64,000 nt of DNA, taken from IMG/VR virus record IMGVR_UViG_3300027415_000005, positions 2,504 through 66,503 of that record; one strand, 5' to 3'. This DNA comes from a virus. Lineage: Duplodnaviria > Caudoviricetes. The position numbers and the translations under genes are program-made. The notes beneath the pieces are model-generated. The model was not told the origin of the DNA. It did not search any database and was given only the letters and a program-made list of their open reading frames with translations. This document shows, piece after piece, positions 36,068 through 44,813 of the stretch. Positions within the stretch are counted from its first letter, which is position 1. Every line of letters begins with the position of its first letter.

Positions 36068-36088
36068 ATCTGCCGCTGGAGATCCAGC

Positions 36089-36436
36089 ATGCCCGACGCC
36101 CGCCGCGACCCATTTGCCGGCTGCCCCGAGACGACGCAGTTCATGCTCCTGCTGCCGTCGACCATCCTCGACGACGATAATCGGCGGTCAGATCTCGTCG
36201 AACGCCTCGAAGCGGCCTTTCCCGGATCGACTTTCTCCGCCGCGCCCTGCGAGCGCCTCGCGAAGCCCGGCGGTGGGACGCTCCTGATCGACGAGCCGAT
36301 CGCGATCCCCCTCATGGGCAGCGTCGGCGCCGAGGATCGTCACTCGCCGATGTACCGCCGCCCCTCTCCCGACCGCATGGCGGAAATCAACGCGGCGTTG
36401 CTCGCCTTCATCAACGGATCGGCGAGCCTGAATTAA
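36089..36436 (+). CDS. Putative SOS-regulated hypothetical protein
   Basis: 115 aa, antisense to the packaging operon; LexA box upstream. Confidence 0.7.
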   Translation: MPDARRDPFAGCPETTQFMLLLPSTILDDDNRRSDLVERLEAAFPGSTFSAAPCERLAKPGGGTLLIDEPIAIPLMGSVGAEDRHSPMYRRPSPDRMAEINAALLAFINGSASLN

Positions 36437-36794
36437 ACCTTGCTGGTCGGGCGCTCGGGTCGTCGCACCACAGCGGCAACTGATCGAGCTGCCCGATCTG
36501 GCGCGCGTGGATCTCCATCGAGCCCTTCAGGCCGTGATGCCGGATGCAGAGGCCCCACCAGTTCGCCGGATCGAACATCGCCCCACCGTCGGCGATCGGA
36601 ATCTTGTGATCGACCACCTTCGCGAATTCGAGGCGCCCTTCCTGGTCGCACCAGATGCAGAAAGGGTGCTTCCGACGATGCTGCTCCGAAGCTCGGTCCC
36701 ACCGACTGCTGTAGCCGCGTTCGCGAGGCGAAGTGCGGGGCTTCTGGACTACCAGCGCCCGCGGCGGCCGTCGGCCCGGGAGAACCTTCGGCAT
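36411..36794 (-). CDS. Terminase-associated HNH endonuclease
   Basis: RGY.SRW...; C.WC; VVDHKIP...GG...D..N...LC..HH..K. Confidence 0.9.
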   Translation of the reverse strand: MPKVLPGRRPPRALVVQKPRTSPRERGYSSRWDRASEQHRRKHPFCIWCDQEGRLEFAKVVDHKIPIADGGAMFDPANWWGLCIRHHGLKGSMEIHARQIGQLDQLPLWCDDPSARPARFNSGSPIR

Positions 36795-36993
36795 CGCTGC
36801 CCGCGGACGCAATTCGGGATGTGGCGAAACACATGCCCCCAACCGTGCGGTATGGCAACCGGAAATTTGCGAGTCATATCAATGTGTTGGTTTAGCATTT
36901 CGGGCCAAGGGATTCCTCGGACTCGCTAAACCATCATTGATTGCGTCAATCGGTCATGCCGCATTGATAGATGGCATCAATCGGAGGAGACGA

Positions 36994-37464
36994 ATGCGAG
37001 GGCTGACCAACGGGCAATGCCGCGCTCTGACTTTCATCAGGCGGCGGGTCGAGGCGCAGGAGGAATCACCCACGTTGCAGGAGATCGCCGACCACATGGG
37101 CGTGAAGGCCAGATCAGCCGCGCACCGAGCGGTGGAGGGGCTGATCGAGGCCGGCTACGTGATCAGGTCGGGGCGCGGCCGCCTTTGTTTGACGATTCCC
37201 GGAGATGCTCCTGCGCTCGCCATCGTCGATCGGAAAGTCGAGCGGGTCGTGAAGCACACCGTGGCGCTCGACGCGATGTCGGCGCACCCGCCGGCGGACA
37301 AGGCGAAGCTCCTCAGCACCAGGAAGAAGCGCACCTACGTGGTGGAATTGGAGAAGGACCTGCACACGCGGCTGCGGAAGATTGCCCGGGACGCCGAAGC
37401 GCCACCGGAGCGGATCATCGCAATGGCGCTCCGCGACTTCATCATGGAGCGGAATGCTGGCTGA
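36994..37464 (+). CDS. LexA-type wHTH regulator with C-terminal RHH-like segment, no peptidase domain
   Basis: LT..Q...L.FI......SPTLQEIADHMG..ARS.AH..V..L...GY; GGAGGAG Shine-Dalgarno. Confidence 0.75.
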   Translation: MRGLTNGQCRALTFIRRRVEAQEESPTLQEIADHMGVKARSAAHRAVEGLIEAGYVIRSGRGRLCLTIPGDAPALAIVDRKVERVVKHTVALDAMSAHPPADKAKLLSTRKKRTYVVELEKDLHTRLRKIARDAEAPPERIIAMALRDFIMERNAG

Positions 37465-38571
37465 TTAAGGGGTAGGCAGGGGGCCCTGACCAATCAATGC
37501 GACGATGCGCGCTTGCAGCTGTGCCCTTAGATCAACAGCGTCAGTCCAAAGAATATGAGGGTACTGTCTTGTGTCGAAGTGCAGGCCATTGATCTGGTTG
37601 GCACGTATAGTCCAGATTACTGGGATGCCAAGGCCTAAAGCGAAACCTGCTTCGAAATAGACGCCACCGCGAGGTACGAGTTCTGTGCCACCATTGGCGG
37701 TGTTAACATGACCGGTGGTGAAATCCGACACCACAAATTTAGATCGACGTATCTGTGCAATAATCTCATCATCAATGCGGTTCTGATGAGTGTGCTGATC
37801 GATGCGCATGGGTGCATAACCAGCCGCACGAATGCCTGGCTCAAATCCATCCTGCCAGATTTCGCCCATCTCCGCCCCAAACCACATCGCAACAAAGGCT
37901 TGCTGCGATTGCGCGATTTTTGTCTGCAATCTCTCCAGATGAATGACGCCAGCTGGCGTGATCTTGACAGCCGAGTTGCCGCCCTCTCCAAGCGTCTTCT
38001 TGATAAGTCCCTGCTCATGCATGTAATCAATATAAAACTGTACTTGTTGTTTTGCGCTGCCCTGGTTCATGTTTTCGTTGTTCTGCCGGGTCTCGATGCA
38101 CCCAATTGTGCATAATTCCTGTTCTACTCTGTCCGGTTTGCTGGTGTCATATATTACAACAGGCTCGCCCAATCTTGTGCTGCGTCGGCGAATGGCAGAG
38201 AGCATATCATTCGCTGCTTGCTCAAACGTAGGCCCCGAGGATTCCACTGCGCGGTCTATATAGCCGCTATCGACTCGGGGAACGCCTCCTCGCTGATTGC
38301 TCTTCCAAATCGCGTGTCGGATAAGTGCAAGATCCTTACTAGATAGATGTTGAAGGCGTGCTTCTGCGCTCCCTGTAATGCGGCATGCGCCTCCGAGCTG
38401 AGCGCCGCGCACCTCGACCTCGTCAGCGCCGACAGGCCCGTTTCTATTTGGATTTGAGAGGAGCAAGAGAGGCGAAACAGGCACGAGTGATCCCTTTTGT
38501 GGGCAGCCATAAAGCCAGAGCTCAGAGCGGCGGGGGATCACCGTGAACGCCTTTGCAGGCTTGGTCCACAA
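37465..38571 (-). CDS. Nucleoside-deoxyribosyltransferase/TIR-like domain protein, AT-rich moron (start uncertain)
   Basis: AFVAMWF...RID......IDDEIIAQIRRSKFVVSDFT...RGGVYFEAGFALGLGIPVIW...LHFDTRQY. Confidence 0.75.
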   Translation of the reverse strand: MWTKPAKAFTVIPRRSELWLYGCPQKGSLVPVSPLLLLSNPNRNGPVGADEVEVRGAQLGGACRITGSAEARLQHLSSKDLALIRHAIWKSNQRGGVPRVDSGYIDRAVESSGPTFEQAANDMLSAIRRRSTRLGEPVVIYDTSKPDRVEQELCTIGCIETRQNNENMNQGSAKQQVQFYIDYMHEQGLIKKTLGEGGNSAVKITPAGVIHLERLQTKIAQSQQAFVAMWFGAEMGEIWQDGFEPGIRAAGYAPMRIDQHTHQNRIDDEIIAQIRRSKFVVSDFTTGHVNTANGGTELVPRGGVYFEAGFALGLGIPVIWTIRANQINGLHFDTRQYPHILWTDAVDLRAQLQARIVALIGQGPLPTP

Positions 38572-38623
38572 CCTTGTTTGATAGCGGCCGCAGCAGCGTT
38601 AGCCACCGCGGCCGGGACGTCGA

Positions 38624-38827
38624 TCAGCGATTGGCTGGCTTCAGGATGGTCGGAGAAACCCAGACGCATTGCAGCGCGCCGTTGTTCATCCATGAGACCT
38701 CGACCTGCGGGACTTCGGCTTTCCAGAGAATGCCGGTCACCGTGGCGACGGTCTGATCATCCTCGCCGATGCACACCTTCTGCCCCAGCGCGAATTGCGA
38801 GGCATAGGTGGTGTGAGCGCCGGCCAT
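38624..38827 (-). CDS. Small beta-barrel-like hypothetical
   Basis: 67 aa; coupled to the HU stop. Confidence 0.55.
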   Translation of the reverse strand: MAGAHTTYASQFALGQKVCIGEDDQTVATVTGILWKAEVPQVEVSWMNNGALQCVWVSPTILKPANR

Positions 38828-39099
38828 CAGGCCACGACGTCGGCGAGCGCCTTCGCGGGCTTGAATTTTGCCGCCTTGTGCGCGGGCTTCACGTAGGGCT
38901 GACCAGTCGCGGGGCTCTTGCCGCGACGCTCGGCCACCGCCTTCACGCTCAGCCGGCCAACATCGGGGATGATTACATCCCGCCCGCTCCGCAGCTCGAC
39001 GTGGATCAGATCGCTCAGCGCCTCGACCACCGCGCCGACCTGGCTCTTCTTCAGGGTCGACTTCTCGGCGAGATGCGCCACGAGCTCATTCTTCGTCAT
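38827..39099 (-). CDS. hup: HU family DNA-binding protein
   Basis: MTKNELV..LAE...L.K...; G..V.I...G......RRG..P.TG....KPA.KA.KFKPAKAL.D.V. Confidence 0.92.
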   Translation of the reverse strand: MTKNELVAHLAEKSTLKKSQVGAVVEALSDLIHVELRSGRDVIIPDVGRLSVKAVAERRGKSPATGQPYVKPAHKAAKFKPAKALADVVA

Positions 39100-39467
39100 C
39101 GTCGTTCTCCAATGCACCGCACTATCGCGGTCCGCACAACCTGCTCCGGCCTCTCGCGCAAGTAAAGCCGCCAAATCGGGCTCGGAGTGGATTTTCTTGC
39201 CCCATATCCGGTCTCCGGCCAGCCCCAGCTTTATCAGGCCCTTTCGCTGGGTCGCCGATCGCCACCCGAGCGCCAAGTATTGCGATTGTCCGTGCCGGAT
39301 TTTTGAGGTTTTGGTTCTCGCTTTTTGACCCCCTGTGCGGTCCGCGTCCCCGCTGGCACTTTCCTTAATCGCGCCCGGCCACCCCTTCTGACCTTGGTCA
39401 CCTCACGGGCGCGTCGGCATCACTGCATCTGTTCTCGCCATTGCTTGCGATTTCGTTCGGAAATGCG

Positions 39468-39495
39468 TTGACACGGCTTCGGGGCTGATTATGTT
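39468..39495 (+). promoter_or_regulatory. Sigma70-type promoter
   Basis: TTGACA-16 bp-TATGTT upstream of a plus-strand small-ORF cluster. Confidence 0.6.
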
Positions 39496-39538
39496 CGCTC
39501 CCAGATCCGATTGTGGATCGCTCCTGAGTGCCCTGACG

Positions 39539-39715
39539 ATGACGAGCAACGAGATCCGCTCTGCCCTGCAGCTCTCTGACCTCCTGGCTGAGAACGCTGC
39601 CCGCTCGCTGGATAGCGGCCTTACTCCTGATCAGGCGATTGCCGACCTCGAGGCGGCGCTGGACGCCAGCCTGAACGGTGCTGGCCCTGAGGCCGCCCCG
39701 GCTCTCTCCGCCTGA
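39539..39715 (+). CDS. 58-aa hypothetical
   Basis: MTSNEIRS...; downstream of the promoter. Confidence 0.55.
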   Translation: MTSNEIRSALQLSDLLAENAARSLDSGLTPDQAIADLEAALDASLNGAGPEAAPALSA

Positions 39716-39798
39716 TGTGCTGCTCAGCCCCGCTCCTCGGCGCTCTGGCCTTCCTGTTCCTGGCCAGCGTCTACGCCCTCACGGCACCCCGACCCTGA
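39715..39798 (+). CDS. 27-aa hydrophobic peptide MCCSAPLLGALAFLFLASVYALTAPRP
   Basis: TGATG coupling; one TM segment; not in the ORF track. Confidence 0.4.
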   Translation: MCCSAPLLGALAFLFLASVYALTAPRP

Positions 39799-40240
39799 TG
39801 CGACCCGTGCGCCGGGCCTGACCTGGCGCACCAGCCGCAACAGTGCGGACCCAGCGGCGATTGTGCCGCGCAGCTCGAGATGTCCCATGTCGATCACCCA
39901 GACCCGTCAGCGCGTTTTCCGTCGTGCTCGCCGTGAGCGCATCGCCCGGAAGGAAGCTTTCCTCCGCTCCGCCCATTGATTTGCAGGTATCCAGCCGCGA
40001 TGCCGGGCCTCTGTTATTGGTCTGTTTAGGCGTCGGGCCGCATAACTACAGCGTCACCGCAGAGCCGATTGTGGCTCGCTTCGGAAGGCACCTGATCATG
40101 ATCCACAACGCAGTGTCTGCGTGCGCCCGAGCTCTGCGCCGCGCCCTCGTTCCGGCCGCTGAACTGCTGGCCTTCGTCCTGATGACTGCAGGCGTCTGCG
40201 GATCCGTGGCGATTTTTTTCTGAGCCGAGATCTTTCTCCC

Positions 40241-40513
40241 ATGCCGCGATCGTGCGGCGCTCTGCGAGGCACCATGGGCATTTCGACTTTCGGCGGGTCA
40301 GTCGCCCCCTACACGCACGCTGAGACCTGCGAGGCCGCATCGTGGGTCCCCTATGTCGAGGCCGCGATTGATGCGAGCGACCGCGATCCGGCCGCGGCCA
40401 TCATCGAGGCGATCGACAAGGCACAACGCCGGGCAGAACTCAGCGTTGGCGCCGCAGCCCTCCTCGCCGAAATCTTCGATGTGCATTATGATGCAGTTCT
40501 TCAGCTCATATAG
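40241..40513 (+). CDS. Small hypothetical
   Basis: Helical ORF in the plus-strand cluster; start may be MGISTF. Confidence 0.5.
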   Translation: MPRSCGALRGTMGISTFGGSVAPYTHAETCEAASWVPYVEAAIDASDRDPAAAIIEAIDKAQRRAELSVGAAALLAEIFDVHYDAVLQLI

Positions 40514-40521
40514 GCCGACAA

Positions 40522-40713
40522 ATGTGGCTGCGAAACTGGGTCCGGGATCTGCGCTACCGATTTGTTGCAGATAGTGAGCGGCTGGAGGCGGCCGCGTACC
40601 GCGATAGCCTCCGTGTGCGTGAGATAGAGCGCCAACGCCAATCCGCGGAATTGAATGGCGAAATGGCGGATCTGGAGAAGAGGCTAAGCCCGCGCGATCT
40701 GGCTCAGCGCTGA
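40522..40713 (+). CDS. Small coiled-coil hypothetical
   Basis: 63 aa. Confidence 0.5.
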   Translation: MWLRNWVRDLRYRFVADSERLEAAAYRDSLRVREIERQRQSAELNGEMADLEKRLSPRDLAQR

Positions 40714-40818
40714 TGTGCCCCGACCCTCTCTCGTTCGGGAGAGGGTCGCATCTGCATCCGGTGGGCAGCCCGGCCGGTTCGATCTCTGTTCACGTGGCGT
40801 CGCCCGGAAAGCTCCCGT

Positions 40819-41181
40819 ATGCCTTTGCAGATGTCGCGCCGCTGGAATTATCGCCGCCTCAACGCGCTCCAGGTCCGCGACCGGATTGCGGGCCTCGGGT
40901 GGTCCGTTCAGCGCTTCGCCTTCGTCTACGGCGTGCCGTTGCAGCGCGCCCGGGACTGGACCTCCGGGAAAGAGGATATCCCGCACTTGGTCGGGCTAGT
41001 GCTGCGGCTGCTGAAGCTGCCCGGCGCCCGGACCGTCGCGTACGAGTATGCACTGAGCGTCGCGGAGCCCACCGACAAGCAGGCCGCCTTCATCGCCGAC
41101 GTCGAGCGGCGCAGGCTGGCCGGCGAATTCGATGATCAGTGGGAAGCGGAGGACGCCGCAGCGACCGGCGACGATTCCTAA
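40819..41181 (+). CDS. HTH (XRE-like) protein
   Basis: LGWSVQRFA..YGV.......W.SGK..IP. Confidence 0.6.
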   Translation: MPLQMSRRWNYRRLNALQVRDRIAGLGWSVQRFAFVYGVPLQRARDWTSGKEDIPHLVGLVLRLLKLPGARTVAYEYALSVAEPTDKQAAFIADVERRRLAGEFDDQWEAEDAAATGDDS

Positions 41182-41234
41182 GTTCTCATTAGATTTGACC
41201 GATCATAACCGCCCAACCAAAAGGCTGGCAAGAA

Positions 41235-42131
41235 ATGAAAAGTGCTGTGAAGGCCATTGCTACGACCGACCCAGTCTTTGAGTTCGCGGTTTTGGCTAAC
41301 AATTTATTGGTCCATTCTTCTGATAAAGGCGTCACAGTTTTCGAAGGTCTCGCTGACTTCGTTGATATTCCGACCGGCGACATCCGCTTTTTTGAAGTTC
41401 TTGGAGTGTTTGCTGAAAGGAGCAGCAGTCTTATAAGGTTCCTAAAAGAAATTGAAGATGATTATCTTGATGAAGATTTGCGCGAGAGGCTTATAGAGAT
41501 AGTCAGGCAGATGACTGGGATTATTCACCCGGCCAATATGTCCGCTCCTTGGAATCAGATTGTAGATAGCAGCATACCGAAAGACAATCTTCGTCTCCTT
41601 CGCTCGTTTTCGCGAACAGCTCGACATCATCGCGAGCTCCTTGTCTTCGATGAGAAGCAGCGCAAGGAGCTTCTCGCGGCAATTGAAGACTCGATTAAAG
41701 AATTGGATGAAGACAAACATTATCCGAAATGGGCGATGACGCCTCTGCGGGAAGGCGTTCGTCGTTTGCGATTTATCATTAATCATTTCCAGATATTTGG
41801 TCACGATCACACTCTTGATCATTTGATCAAATTGCAAGTCGAAACAAAATACAATTTCGATATTCTCGCGATTGGAAAGGAAGTATCTGATCATAAACTC
41901 GTCAAAACAGTTGGTCTTTTCGTATTGGCCGCAAATCTGTTTGTATTGCCGCCAAAAGCTGGGGAAGCAATTCCCTATTATCGAAGCCATATCCATGAAT
42001 TGATGCAGAGGATGCCTGCGCTAATCGGAGGACCGCAGAAGCTGTTGACGCACCGGCAATCGCAGGAAGATGCGGCTAAGCCTGCTGAACAACTTGCGCC
42101 ATCATCAGAACCGCTTTCGACTGACACGTAA
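41235..42131 (+). CDS. AT-rich helical hypothetical (moron)
   Basis: 298 aa, low GC, antisense to the surrounding phage genes. Confidence 0.75.
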   Translation: MKSAVKAIATTDPVFEFAVLANNLLVHSSDKGVTVFEGLADFVDIPTGDIRFFEVLGVFAERSSSLIRFLKEIEDDYLDEDLRERLIEIVRQMTGIIHPANMSAPWNQIVDSSIPKDNLRLLRSFSRTARHHRELLVFDEKQRKELLAAIEDSIKELDEDKHYPKWAMTPLREGVRRLRFIINHFQIFGHDHTLDHLIKLQVETKYNFDILAIGKEVSDHKLVKTVGLFVLAANLFVLPPKAGEAIPYYRSHIHELMQRMPALIGGPQKLLTHRQSQEDAAKPAEQLAPSSEPLSTDT

Positions 42132-42993
42132 GTTTATAATATTCAGCCACCGCGTCGACTGCCCGCAGGAACAGCACCGCGAGCTCGCGCTCTCCGCCGA
42201 ACCCCATGTCGCGCATCGCCGTGAAGGTGCGCGCCTCGAAGATCCGGAAGAACAGGATGGCCTTCGCCTCCTCACCAATCCGGGCCGAAAGCTGATCCAT
42301 CTCTGCCAGCCCGTCGCAACGATCATCCGGCACGCCCGGCAGGCGCTTCGACACATCCACGCCGCGCTCGAACTTCGGGTTCGGGTAAAGGCCGGCGAAA
42401 GCCCGGTGGCACAACTCGTCGAATCGGCGCATGGCCTCGATCCGCGGGCCCGTGCGATCCGACGCGGTGCGGATCAGCGAGCCGTAGCCGGCGATCATCG
42501 CGCGCTTCTCGGTGGCGCCGCGCCCGCCGGTGATGATGACCTCGCGCTGTGCGGCGGCCGTGCGCGGATCGTGATCGAGACCCGCCCGGCGCAAATCGGA
42601 TCGGGCTCTCTCTTCGGTCTGGCGCTGCTGCTGAGCGAGCTTCTCTGAGGCGCGAGCGCGGCGCCGCTCTTCCTTCGGGTCCAGGCGGACTGGATGCGGC
42701 GTGGACGCGGCCGCAGCGATGGCGCGCTCCAGGATCACGCCGGCCGATTCCGCGTTCACCCGCCGGGCGACACGGGCGCGGGCCGCCGGCACCTCCAGGA
42801 AGTCGACCCTCCGGGCGTTGTCTCGAGCGTGGCGCTCCGCGGTCTCGGCGGCCTTGCGCGCCATCTCGGCTGCGGCCGTCTTGCCTCGCGCCTTGGCCTT
42901 CGCCTCTCGCTCCCGATGCTTCCTCGCTGCGGCCGCCCATCGATCGCGGGAGGACTCGGCCTTGGCCAGGCGGGTGTCGGCATGCTGGGTCAT
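42076..42993 (-). CDS. Putative late transcription regulator
   Basis: Position after replication and before packaging; C-terminal sigma-region-4-like helices. Confidence 0.45.
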   Translation of the reverse strand: MTQHADTRLAKAESSRDRWAAAARKHREREAKAKARGKTAAAEMARKAAETAERHARDNARRVDFLEVPAARARVARRVNAESAGVILERAIAAAASTPHPVRLDPKEERRRARASEKLAQQQRQTEERARSDLRRAGLDHDPRTAAAQREVIITGGRGATEKRAMIAGYGSLIRTASDRTGPRIEAMRRFDELCHRAFAGLYPNPKFERGVDVSKRLPGVPDDRCDGLAEMDQLSARIGEEAKAILFFRIFEARTFTAMRDMGFGGERELAVLFLRAVDAVAEYYKLTCQSKAVLMMAQVVQQA

Positions 42994-43001
42994 GACGCTA
43001 C

Positions 43002-44813
43002 TCAACCCTCTGCCACAAGCTCGGGGAGCCACAGGTGGATGCCGGTGTCGGCGTTGCCGTGGTACTGGCCGATTCCGGCCTTGCGGATGCTGGTGAAGGC
43101 CGCGCTAAAGCGCCTCTTCACGACATCCGATTCCGGCTCCTCCTCGGGCAGGATCTCTGACCGGAAGGCAGCCCGGGCGACTTCAAGCGGGATGAGCCGG
43201 GCCCCCTTGCAGAGGCGATGATCCGAGGCACGCTGCTCGTTCGACGCGACCGTCGACCGGGTCAGCGTCAGGCTCTTGAGCAAGCCGTACAGGATGGTCC
43301 CTTCGGCCGTGAACGTCGGCTTCTTGGCCGCCCGCTGGCGCACCTCCTCCGGCACGATCTCGCGGGGCTCTGGCTCGTTCAGGAACTGGGTGACGTCAGC
43401 ACGATAGCCCAGGGTCACGATGCCGGTGCGTCCGTGGCGATTCTTGGCGACGATCACCTCGGCGACGCCCTCGATCTCCTTCATGCGGCGCTCCCAGGCC
43501 GCGAAGGCGTCGGTGCCCTCCTTGGGCTTCTTGCTCTGCTCGTAATACTCGTCCCGGTAGGTGAAGAGCACGTAGTCGGCATCCTGCTCGATCGATCCCG
43601 ACTCGCGCAGGTCGGACAGCAGCGGCCTCCTGTCCTCTCGCAGATCCACCTGCCGACCAACCTGCGCCAGCGCGATGATCGGGACGTGCAGCTCCTTCGC
43701 GAGCGCCTTCAGGCCATTCGAGATCTCGGTGACCTCCTGGGCGCGGTTCGGGTCCCGACGGTTCTCCCGGCCCTTGATGAGCTGCAGGTAGTCGATCACC
43801 AGCAGTTCGAGGCCGCGGCGCTTCTTCAGCGACCTGGCCTTGTTGGCGACCTGCGCGATCGTCAGGCTGCCGGTCTCATCGATATGCAGCGGGAGGCCGC
43901 GCAGATCCCGAGCAGTGTTCACGACCTTTTCAAGCTGGGTCTGCGTCATCTTCCGGCGCCGGATGCGCCAGGATTCAATGCCGGTCTCGGCCGCGATCAT
44001 CCGGTCGAAGAGCTGCGTGTCGCCCATCTCCAGCGAGAAGAAGCCGACCACCCCGGTCTGCATCTGATGCTTGGTCCGACGGAGGTGCAGCTCCTTCGCC
44101 GTCGCGGCGGCGACGTTCAGGGCCAGCGCGGTTTTGCCCATCGCGGTCCGACCGCCAACGATGATGAGGTCGGGAGCCTCTAGGCCGCCCATGACCTCGT
44201 CCAGTGCCGGCAAGCCGGTGGAGAGCCCGCGGGGCTGGCCCTCGTTCTGCCAATCTGAGCACATGCGCTCGATAGCGCTATGCGCGACATCATCGAAGGA
44301 TCGGAAGTCGGCCAGATCCATCGTGATGCGCGGCTTCAGATCCTCGATCTCACCCTCGATCGCCGCGAGGAGCGATGCCGTCGTGGCCTCGACGGGCGCG
44401 TCCTGCGCCATGCTGACGATGGTCTCGCCAAGGGTGATGAGCCGCCGGCGCATCGCCGTATCGGCCACAGTGCGCGCGTAGTCCGGCGCGTTGATCACCG
44501 TGGTGGCGCCGGAGGCGAGCTTGGCGAGATAAGCGGTGACCGTCTGGCCACCGAAGTTGGCGTTGCCCAGGTAGGTCTGCAGCGTGATCGGGTTGGCCAC
44601 CTGGCCCTTTCCGATCTGCGCCGCCACGACCTCCCAGATCTTGCGGTGAGCCGGCTCGTGGAAGTGCTCGGCTTCGACCAAGGACGACACCCCCCGGAAG
44701 GCATCGTTGTTGATGAGCACAGCGCCGATCAGTGCCTGCTCGGCATCGATGTTCTGCGGGACGCGGCGAGCGGCATCGTCGATGTCCGACAGACGGGCTT
44801 GAAGGGCGCTCAT
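43002..44813 (-). CDS. dnaB: Replicative DNA helicase with C-terminal extension
   Basis: PQNIDAEQALIG; GLSTG...LD; GGRTAMGKT; FSLEM; IDYLQL; AQVGR.VD.R.D.RP.LSDLRESGSIEQDAD; KNRHG. Confidence 0.95.
   Translation of the reverse strand: MSALQARLSDIDDAARRVPQNIDAEQALIGAVLINNDAFRGVSSLVEAEHFHEPAHRKIWEVVAAQIGKGQVANPITLQTYLGNANFGGQTVTAYLAKLASGATTVINAPDYARTVADTAMRRRLITLGETIVSMAQDAPVEATTASLLAAIEGEIEDLKPRITMDLADFRSFDDVAHSAIERMCSDWQNEGQPRGLSTGLPALDEVMGGLEAPDLIIVGGRTAMGKTALALNVAAATAKELHLRRTKHQMQTGVVGFFSLEMGDTQLFDRMIAAETGIESWRIRRRKMTQTQLEKVVNTARDLRGLPLHIDETGSLTIAQVANKARSLKKRRGLELLVIDYLQLIKGRENRRDPNRAQEVTEISNGLKALAKELHVPIIALAQVGRQVDLREDRRPLLSDLRESGSIEQDADYVLFTYRDEYYEQSKKPKEGTDAFAAWERRMKEIEGVAEVIVAKNRHGRTGIVTLGYRADVTQFLNEPEPREIVPEEVRQRAAKKPTFTAEGTILYGLLKSLTLTRSTVASNEQRASDHRLCKGARLIPLEVARAAFRSEILPEEEPESDVVKRRFSAAFTSIRKAGIGQYHGNADTGIHLWLPELVAEG

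Noticed and set aside
43019-43031. 13-bp match GCTCGGGGAGCCA to the tRNA-Asn 3' end
   Set aside because: Inverted relative to the tRNA and inside the dnaB coding sequence in mid-prophage, so not a usable att; probably chance in GC-rich DNA
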